The notes beneath the pieces are model-generated. The model was not told the origin of the DNA and did not search any database. It saw nothing but the letters and a program-made list of their open reading frames with translations. Shown here piece by piece: positions 57,081 to 64,000 of a stretch of DNA of 64,000 bases; position 1 is the stretch's first letter; each line of letters begins with the position of its first letter. Source of the stretch: Patescibacteria group bacterium. Lineage in GTDB: Bacteria > Patescibacteriota > UBA1384 > XYA2-FULL-43-10 > 1-14-0-10-43-13. A program made the translations under genes and the position numbers. Location: assembly GCA_038078835.1 (NCBI GenBank), contig JBBTQI010000001.1, forward strand, positions 722 to 64,721, read 5' to 3'.

Positions 57081-58056
57081 TGGCGCGATTGCGTAAGTAA
57101 TCGCCCAGCATTTCTTGCCACGGCCTAACCTCGATCCCTAATGCTGATTTAATCTTCTCTTTGGAGAGATAGGAGTAAGCCGGACGCCTGGCCACCTGAG
57201 GATATTCTGCACTAGAGATAGGCTTTAAGTCAAGAGTTGTCCCGGTTTGAGCGAAAATTTCTTTGGCAAAATCATACCAGGAGCACGCCCCCTCGCCGGA
57301 GAAGTGGTAGATACCACATGGCAAGCTTAAGGCCGGAGGCTTAAGGCCGGAGGCTACATCAATACTGCCTTCGGCCTTTGGCCTTAGGCCTTCGACGATC
57401 TGGTTAATGAAACTGACCAGATCCCCCGTATAAGTCGGCGAGCCGACTTGATCATTGACGACCGACAACGAATCGCGCTCTTTGGCCAAGTGCAGCATTG
57501 TCTCAACGAAATTTGTGTCGGGATGTCCCTCCGGCAATTCGCCGAATATCCAGGCTGTCCGGATAATGTAATAGCCGCCCTTCGGGGACTGTCCCCCTGA
57601 GAGCCTGCCCCGTACTCGATACGGGGGGACTGTCCCCTTGTATGCTCTCTCAACCGCCAGCTCCCCTTCATACTTTGTCATACCGTACACCGAGAGCGGA
57701 TGGGGCTCGTCGGTTTCGACGTACGGGACGCCATTTTCGCCGTCAAAGACATAATCGGTGGAGATGTAAATCAGGTTTACTCCGGCCGCAGCCGCGGCTT
57801 TGGCGACATTCTCGGTGCCGGCAACATTGATCCGGCGGCACAGCGCCTCGTTCTCCTTGGCCTTGTCAACTTGAGTGTAAGCCGCCCCGTGGATAATCCA
57901 ATCCGGTTTCTCCCTTGATATGACCGCGCTGACTTTATCCGGATCGGTGATATCCATATCATCGGAATCAGTCAAAATCAGCCGGTACTTAGTACCCAGT
58001 AATTCGGAAATCTTATGGCCAAGCTGGCCTTTTGCGCCGGTAACCAGAACCTTCAT
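57070..58056 (-). CDS. rmlD: dTDP-4-dehydrorhamnose reductase with two in-frame repeat-element insertions
   Basis: MKVLVTGAKGQLG...IHGAAYTQVDKAE...NVAGTENVAKAAAAAGVNLIYISTDYVFDG, the RmlD signature. 328 aa versus about 290 typical. Extra segments coincide with the repeats at 57326-57390 and 57581-57640. Confidence 0.8.
   Translation of the reverse strand: MKVLVTGAKGQLGHKISELLGTKYRLILTDSDDMDITDPDKVSAVISREKPDWIIHGAAYTQVDKAKENEALCRRINVAGTENVAKAAAAAGVNLIYISTDYVFDGENGVPYVETDEPHPLSVYGMTKYEGELAVERAYKGTVPPYRVRGRLSGGQSPKGGYYIIRTAWIFGELPEGHPDTNFVETMLHLAKERDSLSVVNDQVGSPTYTGDLVSFINQIVEGLRPKAEGSIDVASGLKPPALSLPCGIYHFSGEGACSWYDFAKEIFAQTGTTLDLKPISSAEYPQVARRPAYSYLSKEKIKSALGIEVRPWQEMLGDYLRNRATNG
57326..57390. 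repeat. GGCC-type element: TTAAGGCCGGAGGC x2 plus inverted copy (GCCTTCGGCCTTTGGCCTTAGGCC)
   Basis: In-frame within rmlD, encoding GLRPKAEGSIDVASGLKPPALSLP. Same 13-mer as at 15193-15236, and a one-mismatch variant at 1-45. Confidence 0.6.
57581..57640. repeat. Palindromic element: GGGGACTGTCCCC x2 flanking a CCCGTACTCGATACGGGG hairpin
   Basis: ggggactgtcccc at 57584-57596 and 57625-57637. In-frame in rmlD, encoding TVPPYRVRGRLSGGQSPKGG, which is absent from canonical RmlD. Confidence 0.55.
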
Positions 58057-58057
58057 C

Positions 58058-59050
58058 TCACTTGCCCCAATTCTTATATAATGCCTCGCTCTTTTTTTTC
58101 AACGGTTTCCACCAATTCGAGTTATTGGCATACCATGAAACAGTCTTCTTTAGTGCCTCATTAAACCCGTATTCCGGTTTCCAACCAAGTTCGCCTCTTA
58201 ATTTGTTCGAATTCACAGCATAGCGGACATCATGACCGGGCCGGTCTTTGACGTATTCAATTTCGTCTTCGTTTTTGTGAAAGAGTTTGATGATTTTTTT
58301 GGTGATCTCTAAATTGGTTTTGCGATATCCCGTACCAATATTATAAATCTCCCCGATTTGCCCCCTGTGCAAAATTGCATCGATGGCGCTGCAATGATCT
58401 TCGGTAAAAATCCACTCTCGGATCTGATTACCGGGAGTATAAACCGGCACTTTTTTCCCTTCTAAAAGATTAGTGATAAAACGAGGAATTAATTTTTCCG
58501 GAAACTGATAGGGGCCAAAGAAATTGCAAGAGTGAGTAATGATAACCGGGGCATTGTATGTCGTAAAGTAAGCATAAGCCAAGTGGTCGGCTCCGGCCTT
58601 AGAGGCAGAGTAAGGACTTCTTGGTTTGAAGGGTGCCTCTTCGTTAGTTGTTCCCTTTAAAACGGCGCCGAAAACCTCATCGGTTGAGATCTGAATAAAT
58701 CTTTTAATCCCGAATTTTCTTATCGCCTCAAGCAAAACACAGGTTCCCAGAACATTAGTTTTGACAAATTGATCGGGATGCAACAAGGATTGATCAACAT
58801 GTGTTTCTGCGGCGTAATTGATTATCGCATCCACACCCTCAATGGCTTTTTTAACATCATTTTCATTTGCAATATCGCCGCAAACAAACTGATAATTCGG
58901 ATTATCGTCAATATCTTTTAGGTTCTCCGGGTTGCCGGAGTAAGTTAATTTATCCAGGTTGACTATTTTGTAGTCAGGATATTTTTGAAGAATGTAGCGG
59001 ATAAAATTGGAAGCCATAAACCCGGCCCCGCCGGTGACTAATATTTTCAT
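58058..59050 (-). CDS. rmlB: dTDP-glucose 4,6-dehydratase
   Basis: MKILVTGGAGFMASNFIRYIL...VNLDKLTYSGN...YAAETHVDQS...YSASKAGADHL. Confidence 0.9.
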   Translation of the reverse strand: MKILVTGGAGFMASNFIRYILQKYPDYKIVNLDKLTYSGNPENLKDIDDNPNYQFVCGDIANENDVKKAIEGVDAIINYAAETHVDQSLLHPDQFVKTNVLGTCVLLEAIRKFGIKRFIQISTDEVFGAVLKGTTNEEAPFKPRSPYSASKAGADHLAYAYFTTYNAPVIITHSCNFFGPYQFPEKLIPRFITNLLEGKKVPVYTPGNQIREWIFTEDHCSAIDAILHRGQIGEIYNIGTGYRKTNLEITKKIIKLFHKNEDEIEYVKDRPGHDVRYAVNSNKLRGELGWKPEYGFNEALKKTVSWYANNSNWWKPLKKKSEALYKNWGK

Positions 59051-59051
59051 A

Positions 59052-59537
59052 TTACTCCTCTGTTGTCAAAGAGTCCCAATTAAAGTTAATGCTTTTATCA
59101 TAGGGGTCGATACGCTCCTCGTCAGGATTATCGCGATTGTAAGCTTTGGTCGTATGATAAAAAAGCAGGCAGGGCTCGTCAGATAAGACTTTATAACCGT
59201 GAACAACACCAACCGGAATCAAAACCAACTTGTAATCATTGCTCCCGCCATAGATAATCTCCGTTTGACCATAAGTAGGTGAATTTTTGCGTTGATCGTG
59301 CAAAACGATCGCTGCTCGACCGGAGGCCAAGAACCAAAGATCGTCCTGGTGTTTGTGCCAGTGAAAAGCCTTGATCGTACCCTTGCCGGCAATGGTAAAG
59401 TTACTCTGGCCAAACTTCGACAACAATTTGTCATCATCGCGCAGGATCTCCATAAAAATGCCCGGCTCGATATCCTGATCGAGATCGGGTTTATCGCGAT
59501 GCACCACTAACTCCTTAATTTTAACACCTTGTATCAC
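59052..59537 (-). CDS. rmlC: dTDP-4-dehydrorhamnose 3,5-epimerase (cupin)
   Basis: ...FHWHKHQDDLWFLASGRAAIVLHD...GVVHGY. True start probably GTG/TTG near 59534. The longer ATG ORF extends into the repeat element. Confidence 0.75.
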   Translation of the reverse strand: MIQGVKIKELVVHRDKPDLDQDIEPGIFMEILRDDDKLLSKFGQSNFTIAGKGTIKAFHWHKHQDDLWFLASGRAAIVLHDQRKNSPTYGQTEIIYGGSNDYKLVLIPVGVVHGYKVLSDEPCLLFYHTTKAYNRDNPDEERIDPYDKSINFNWDSLTTEE

Positions 59538-59540
59538 AAT

Positions 59541-59625
59541 GACTCCCAAATCCGATGCTAATTTACGAATGCATGCTAATGATACGAATATTCGCAATAT
59601 TCGTGTACCGATTTGTTATTCGCAT
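59541..59625. repeat. AT-rich palindromic element between rmlC and rmlA (ACGAATATTCGCAATATTCGT core)
   Basis: cccaaatccgatgctaatttacgaatgcatgctaatgatacgaatattcgcaatattcgtgtaccgatttgttattcg. Confidence 0.45.
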
Positions 59626-60335
59626 CGCCTGTTTTTCTCCGCCATGATCATATTGGCCCGCAACAGGCTGTCGAATGTTCCGGCATCCTCCCAGACACCG
59701 TCGATAATGTTGACGGAGAGTTCCCTGTTTTTAAGATAAATATTGTTTAGGTCGGTAATTTCAATCTCGCCTCGCCCTGATGGTTTCAAATTCTTAGCAT
59801 AGTTAACAACCCGATTGTCATAGACATAAAGCCCGACTACCGCATAATCGCTCTTGGGTTTCTTGGGCTTCTCCTCGATGGAGAGGGCCCGCATCTTCTC
59901 GTCAAATTCCACCACCCCAAACCGCTCCGGATCATGAACCTTTTTGGCAAAGACGCAGGCGCCGGACTTAAACGACTTGATCTGTCGAGAAAAATCGCGA
60001 TCAAAGATATTGTCCCCCAGAATCATCGTCACGCTGTCTTTGCCGATAAAAGTATCGCCGACAATAAAGGCATCGGCCAAGCCGCGCGGTTCCTCCTGGA
60101 TCTCATAACTGAACTTGGCGCCAAACTCCCGGCCGCTGCCCAGAAGGTGCAGGAACTGGCCGGCGTTATCCGGAGAGATGATAATCAAAATATTCTTGAT
60201 GCCGGCCTTAATCAGCGTCTGGATCGGATAATAGATCATCGGTTTGTCAAAAACCGGCAGAAGCTGTTTTGAGGTTACTTTAGTCAAAGGCCGAAGACGC
60301 GTCGCCCGCCCGCCCGCTAAAACGATGCCCTTCAT
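59616..60335 (-). CDS. rmlA: Glucose-1-phosphate thymidylyltransferase (short form)
   Basis: [41 protein letters not shown]... Confidence 0.8.
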   Translation of the reverse strand: MKGIVLAGGRATRLRPLTKVTSKQLLPVFDKPMIYYPIQTLIKAGIKNILIIISPDNAGQFLHLLGSGREFGAKFSYEIQEEPRGLADAFIVGDTFIGKDSVTMILGDNIFDRDFSRQIKSFKSGACVFAKKVHDPERFGVVEFDEKMRALSIEEKPKKPKSDYAVVGLYVYDNRVVNYAKNLKPSGRGEIEITDLNNIYLKNRELSVNIIDGVWEDAGTFDSLLRANMIMAEKNRRCE

Positions 60336-60458
60336 AATATCTCCTTTGTTAATCCTGCACCTCAGAGTCCAAACTTTAGTTTGTGGGAAACGGCCCTTCG
60401 CCCAACAATCCCATTCTGCACACTAAAGTGTGTTCTCTGGCGAGTAAAAAGTGAATTA

Positions 60459-61760
60459 TTAACTTGCCTCGTCAAAATCATAGTCGCCTCTTATGACCGC
60501 TGAGAGCTGCTCCTTTTTTGTATAGAGATAATAGCCGATCATCTGGATAAAAAGCAAGCACAGACTGACAATCAAAATCCTGACCACTGCCAAAATTGAG
60601 GGGTGCCAAAGAGTTATGGCGACAATCTCCACCGCCATAACCAAACCGAATACCCAAAGAAAGAAAAAGTTCCGCACCGCCAAGTAATAACTGACAATCA
60701 GGCTGATCAGCGAATACAGGAGGACAACCATGCCTATCTCCGGCAAAATATAATGGAGACCAGTGTAAGATTGACCGTAAAGAAGGCCAATCACCTTTGC
60801 CGGCATCACGATATAAATTCCCAGTATGACCAGCGAACCCAGCAGGGTAAAGAGCAGGGAAAAAAGGAAGAGCCGATAGTGCTTCTGCCCAATCGTCCGC
60901 TGCTCGGCAATCATCGGAAACATTACGGCCACGATCGGAGTGGTAGCGTAAGTAATAATTTTGGCGATTGTTGAGACAGCGGCATAAGTGCCGGCCTCGT
61001 CGGCGGGGAAATAATGTTTGACCAGAATAACATCGACATTTAGGGCGAGGACAAGCAGGAAGGAGGCCAGCAAAGCCGGCAGAGAATAGTTGATTATCTC
61101 TTTCTTGTCAAACCGGAAGGCCTCTTTCTTGCCAGTTTTATCTCGGCTGGCCAGAATTTTTCTTAAGCTCACCAGGGAATAACCGTAAGCGATCGCCGTG
61201 GCCAAAACCCCCGCGCCGATGGCGCCACTGACGGAGAAGCCCAGCCACACCAGAGCGATACCCAGAGTCAGCCGCAAGATCATCTCTAAAATTCCCAGAA
61301 ACGAGAGAGGAACAAAGCGCTGTGTTCCCTGAAGGATGCCGCGGCTGACGACAATCAAAAAACTGAAAAAGAGGCCGGCGAAAGCCAAAATTAGCGGCGA
61401 GATCTGATCGATCGTCAAAAAGCGGCCGATTACTTTGGAGAACACTAAGCCGACCAAGAAAAGGCCGGCCGCCAAAATGAAAATATAGCGCGAGAAGATA
61501 CGAAAAAGTTTCCTTAGCGCCCGATACTCGCCCAGAGCATAGAGCTCGCCCGAGTAGCGCATTGTAACAGTTAAAATACCGCCGCCAATAACCGAGATGA
61601 TCGTCAGGAAGGAAAAGATCGCCGTCATCTCGCCGTATTGCGCCGGACCGAGCATCCGGCCCATAATCATATTAAAGAGATAAGAAAAGAAACTGGCAAT
61701 CAGGGTGCCGCCAAAGACAATCGAACTGCTGGAGAGCAGCTTTTTAGCACTGGAACTCAT
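60459..61760 (-). CDS. Polysaccharide flippase (MOP/Wzx-like)
   Basis: About 430 aa with 12-14 TM helices. Start taken at MSSSAKKLL (ATG 61758-61760) to avoid a divergent overlap with the gtrA-like gene. Start uncertain. Confidence 0.6.
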   Translation of the reverse strand: MSSSAKKLLSSSSIVFGGTLIASFFSYLFNMIMGRMLGPAQYGEMTAIFSFLTIISVIGGGILTVTMRYSGELYALGEYRALRKLFRIFSRYIFILAAGLFLVGLVFSKVIGRFLTIDQISPLILAFAGLFFSFLIVVSRGILQGTQRFVPLSFLGILEMILRLTLGIALVWLGFSVSGAIGAGVLATAIAYGYSLVSLRKILASRDKTGKKEAFRFDKKEIINYSLPALLASFLLVLALNVDVILVKHYFPADEAGTYAAVSTIAKIITYATTPIVAVMFPMIAEQRTIGQKHYRLFLFSLLFTLLGSLVILGIYIVMPAKVIGLLYGQSYTGLHYILPEIGMVVLLYSLISLIVSYYLAVRNFFFLWVFGLVMAVEIVAITLWHPSILAVVRILIVSLCLLFIQMIGYYLYTKKEQLSAVIRGDYDFDEAS

Positions 61761-61863
61761 CGCGCCTTTTACTTTAGCAGAAAGCGCCGCCAAATCCAAC
61801 GCTTGATTTCGGAGTTTTGCTTTGGTTATAATGGACTGGAATATCATAACTCAAGGAGGCAAA

Positions 61864-62325
61864 GTGGCGGAGAAAACGCAATCATTACTGGGACAGATGT
61901 TTAAGTATGCCCTGGTCGGCGGAGTCAGTACCACCATTGATATTGTTATTCTTCGCCTTCTGCACAACAATCTCGGCCTGGTTCTCTGGCTCTCTGTTGC
62001 TCTCGCCTTCCTCGCCGGCACGATTAACGGCTACTATATGAACTCGCGCTGGACATTCGGTTATAATACAAAGGGCAAGGAGGCGATCAAGTTCAGCCAG
62101 TTCGCCACCGTTTCGCTCATCGGCCTCGGCCTTACCGAGCTGATAGTCAATTTTTACGTCGCCAACATCAGTCAGAGTCTCAGTGTTGCCGGCAGATTGA
62201 TATCAGCCTATATGGTCGGGAAACTCATTGCCGTCGCTATTGTCTTTTTCTGGAACTTTGGCGCCAACAAACTCTGGACCTTCCGCGAAAAACCTACCGG
62301 TATTGCCATCGATAAGCTAAACTAG
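61864..62325 (+). CDS. gtrA: GtrA-family membrane protein (lipid-linked sugar translocation helper)
   Basis: MFKYALVGGVSTTIDIVILRLL...NKLWTFREKP with 4 TM helices. AAGGAGG RBS then GTG at 61864. Confidence 0.75.
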   Translation: MAEKTQSLLGQMFKYALVGGVSTTIDIVILRLLHNNLGLVLWLSVALAFLAGTINGYYMNSRWTFGYNTKGKEAIKFSQFATVSLIGLGLTELIVNFYVANISQSLSVAGRLISAYMVGKLIAVAIVFFWNFGANKLWTFREKPTGIAIDKLN

Positions 62326-62374
62326 ATTACAAGGTAAAACTTAGCACAATGACTTAAGGCAATAGTGATAGATG

Positions 62375-62464
62375 CTCCTGCAAAATTACAAATTCAACAA
62401 AATTACGAATCTTACAAATATTTGTAATATTTGTAGTTTCGGGAGATTTGCAATTTTGTAGGAG
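62375..62464. repeat. MITE-like element, same TIR family as 6030..6150 (CTCCTGCAAAATTACAAAT ... ATTTGCAATTTTGTAGGAG)
   Basis: TIRs match with 2 mismatches. The internal acaaattcaacaaaattacgaat is near-identical to the copy at 63694-63716. Confidence 0.65.
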
Positions 62465-62477
62465 ATTGGAGGTAGTG

Positions 62478-63101
62478 ATGCTCGAGGTCAATGTTGAAAA
62501 AATTATGCCGGTGACGGAGGCAAGAGACACGCTTAATAAGATCGTCGACGAGGTTGCGGCGGGCGATGAGCTCTACGTCTTAACGGTGAACGGCAAACCC
62601 AGCGCCGTCCTGGTCGGTGTCCATCATTTAGAGAAACTGACCGGTACCAAAGAAGAGGATCTGGTAGTGACGGCGGCAACATTGCCGGCACCAACCGTCG
62701 AAACGGACACATCAATCCCGCTTAACTCTATAACCGAGTCAGCCCCGACACCCCCTGTTGCGCCGGCGGCATCAACTGTGCCCGAACAGCCGGTCGGGCC
62801 AGCCCCGGCATCAATATCCTCGCCGCTTAATAATACCGATCTTTTTGGCGAGGACGCACTATCAACCCCCGCATTCGACACCGTTTCGCCGGCCGCGCCG
62901 ACAGCTTCGCCAACCCCTCCCGCTCCGCCCGCACTGGAACCGGCGCCGCCGCCCGAAATTAATCCCGCTGACGTTTTTCCCTCAACCGACAATATGGCAA
63001 CACCGCCGCCGGCCGCGCCGGCAACCGGCCAAATGGGAATTCCAGCCGTGACGAACAATCAAAATCCGCTGCCGGCAATTAACAATCCCCTAAATCAATA
63101 A
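62478..63101 (+). CDS. Phd/YefM-type antitoxin-like N-terminal domain fused to about 140 aa Pro/Ala/Thr-rich low-complexity tail
   Basis: MLEVNVEKIMPVTEARDTLNKIVDEVAAGDELYVLTVNGKPSAVLVGVHHLEKL then a P/A-rich tail. GGAGATTGGAGG RBS upstream. Confidence 0.5.
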   Translation: MLEVNVEKIMPVTEARDTLNKIVDEVAAGDELYVLTVNGKPSAVLVGVHHLEKLTGTKEEDLVVTAATLPAPTVETDTSIPLNSITESAPTPPVAPAASTVPEQPVGPAPASISSPLNNTDLFGEDALSTPAFDTVSPAAPTASPTPPAPPALEPAPPPEINPADVFPSTDNMATPPPAAPATGQMGIPAVTNNQNPLPAINNPLNQ

Positions 63102-63113
63102 GACGGAAGAACG

Positions 63114-63347
63114 ATGACACCAGCAAACACTCGGGGAAACAAGAAGAAGACCACTGTTAAAATTGATCAGGATCTCTGCGCCCGCTGTCTAAACTGCACC
63201 CAAATTGTCGAGGAGGTTTTCTTCTACGACGAGAAGGAAGATGAGGTTAAGGTCGACAACTCTGCCATCACCGACGAGAACATCGATCTGGTGAGAGAGG
63301 CCGCGGAGTGCTGCCCCTCCCAGGCAATTATTATCAATGAGGATTAA
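63114..63347 (+). CDS. Small ferredoxin (CxxCxxC...CP single-cluster type)
   Basis: DQDLCARCLNCTQIVEEVFFYDE...AAECCPSQAI. Confidence 0.6.
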   Translation: MTPANTRGNKKKTTVKIDQDLCARCLNCTQIVEEVFFYDEKEDEVKVDNSAITDENIDLVREAAECCPSQAIIINED

Positions 63348-63667
63348 TTGGGACCAAGTCCCAGCTCGCGCCTGATCTCCTCCGGAATCATCTCCGGCGA
63401 CCAGGGCGGATCAAAGACCACGTCGGTCACAACTTCTTCTATCTCTTCTATCTCCGCTGCTTTATCTTTGACATCATCCACGATCATCGCCGCCATCGGG
63501 CAGTGCGGCGTTGTCAGCGTCATTGTCACAATGGCCTTGTTTTTGTTAATTTCAACGCCATAAATCAGACCCATATCATAGACCGAGATCCCGATCTCCG
63601 GATCGGTCACCTCTTTGATCTTTGCTAAAACCGCGAGAGCCAATTTATCATTTTTGTCAATCTTCAT
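63344..63667 (-). CDS. DUF59/SufT-like Fe-S cluster assembly protein (MIP18 family)
   Basis: VTDPEIGISVYDMGLIYGVEI...TMTLTTPHCPMAAMIVDDV. Confidence 0.75.
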   Translation of the reverse strand: MKIDKNDKLALAVLAKIKEVTDPEIGISVYDMGLIYGVEINKNKAIVTMTLTTPHCPMAAMIVDDVKDKAAEIEEIEEVVTDVVFDPPWSPEMIPEEIRRELGLGPN

Positions 63668-63680
63668 TGTACCTCCAGTC

Positions 63681-63769
63681 CTCCGACAAAACTACAAATT
63701 CAACAAAATTACGAATTTTACAAATACATGTGGCGAGCAGAGTCGAATCCATTTGTAAATTTACAAGAG
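63681..63769. repeat. MITE-like CAAAT element copy (ACAAATTCAACAAAATTACGAAT core) between DUF59 gene and SOD gene
   Basis: ctccgacaaaactacaaattcaacaaaattacgaattttacaaatac paired with atttgtaaatttacaagag. Confidence 0.55.
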
Positions 63770-63775
63770 AAGTAA

Positions 63776-64000
63776 TTATTTAGCAAACCGCTCTGAAACT
63801 TTTTCCCAATTGATGATATTCCAGATACTATTAACATAATCAGCCCGCATGTTCTTGTACTTCAGATAATAAGCATGCTCCCAGACATCAATCAAGAGAA
63901 GCGGAGTGTGGCCCAGCGACAGAGGCGAATCCTGGTTGGGTAAACCATAAATTTTCAACTTGCCATTGCTTCCTTTAACCAACCAGCCGTAACCGCTGCC
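63776..64000 (-). CDS. Fe/Mn superoxide dismutase, C-terminal part (gene runs past window end)
   Basis: [37 protein letters not shown], the SOD C-terminal domain signature. The open frame continues to position 64000. Confidence 0.8.
   Translation of the reverse strand, partial: GSGYGWLVKGSNGKLKIYGLPNQDSPLSLGHTPLLLIDVWEHAYYLKYKNMRADYVNSIWNIINWEKVSERFAK

Noticed and set aside
62624-63058. 144 aa minus-strand and 97 aa plus-strand ORFs within the Pro-rich tail region
   Set aside because: They are alternative frames of the GC-rich low-complexity segment encoding the P/A tail of the YefM-like protein. Such segments are open in many frames by composition.
63114-63347. Gene downstream of the YefM-like ORF as candidate toxin partner
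   Set aside because: It encodes a CxxCxxC...CP ferredoxin-like protein, not a YoeB/Txe/RelE/Doc-type toxin.
1-64000. Search for tRNA, rRNA, transposase, integrase or phage genes
   Set aside because: No cloverleaf-like conserved tRNA features (GTTCRANYC T-loop in acceptor context) or rRNA-like stretches were recognised by eye. No ORF shows DDE transposase or tyrosine/serine recombinase motifs, so the repeat elements are treated as non-autonomous.

Overview
This 64 kb window is almost entirely one cell-envelope glycan biosynthesis and extracytoplasmic glycosylation locus. From about 12.2 kb to 61.8 kb it is a near-unidirectional minus-strand gene array. GC content is about 48-50% and the lineage is not determinable. 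Gene content and the genes at the 3-prime edge (DUF59, a small ferredoxin, Fe/Mn SOD) would fit an uncultivated, CPR-like bacterium, but that is inference only.

What the locus encodes:
- Four nucleotide-sugar routes: dTDP-L-rhamnose (rmlA, rmlB, rmlC, rmlD); UDP-xylose (galU, ugd, UXS-like decarboxylase); UDP-ManNAc (wecB); and UDP-GalA or 6-deoxy-hexosamine routes (a UDP-GlcA 4-epimerase-like gene, a PseB/CapD-like 4,6-dehydratase and other SDR epimerases).
- At least 8 GT2 and 5 GT1/GT4 glycosyltransferases plus a CgeB-like glycosyltransferase.
- Five SAM methyltransferases plus a B12-binding radical SAM enzyme.
- Two CE4-type deacetylase-like proteins.
- Two Wzx/MOP flippases and a GtrA-family protein.
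- Three tandem Wzy/O-antigen-ligase-like membrane proteins.
- Six large GT-C-fold membrane proteins (YfhO- or ArnT-like, plus a PIG-V-like one).
- A dockerin-bearing secreted protein next to a membrane-anchored cohesin-like protein.

The main leads are:
(i) A tandemly duplicated three-gene module: a large GT-C membrane protein, a roughly 125 aa small membrane protein and a roughly 530 aa signal-anchored secreted protein.
(ii) At least three families of short palindromic or tandem repeat elements. One is a CAAAT/ATTTG-rich MITE-like family with 19 bp terminal inverted repeats. One is a GGCC-rich 13-mer family. One is a GGGGACTGTCCCC palindrome. They sit in intergenic regions and are also inserted in-frame inside unrelated protein-coding genes (a GT-C, a B12-radical SAM, RmlD, a GT1), in the manner of Rickettsia palindromic elements.

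No rRNA, tRNA, CRISPR array, transposase or integrase was recognised. Start codons were chosen by eye, so gene boundaries can be off by a few codons. The supplied ORF track appears to translate alternative starts (TTG/GTG) as M.
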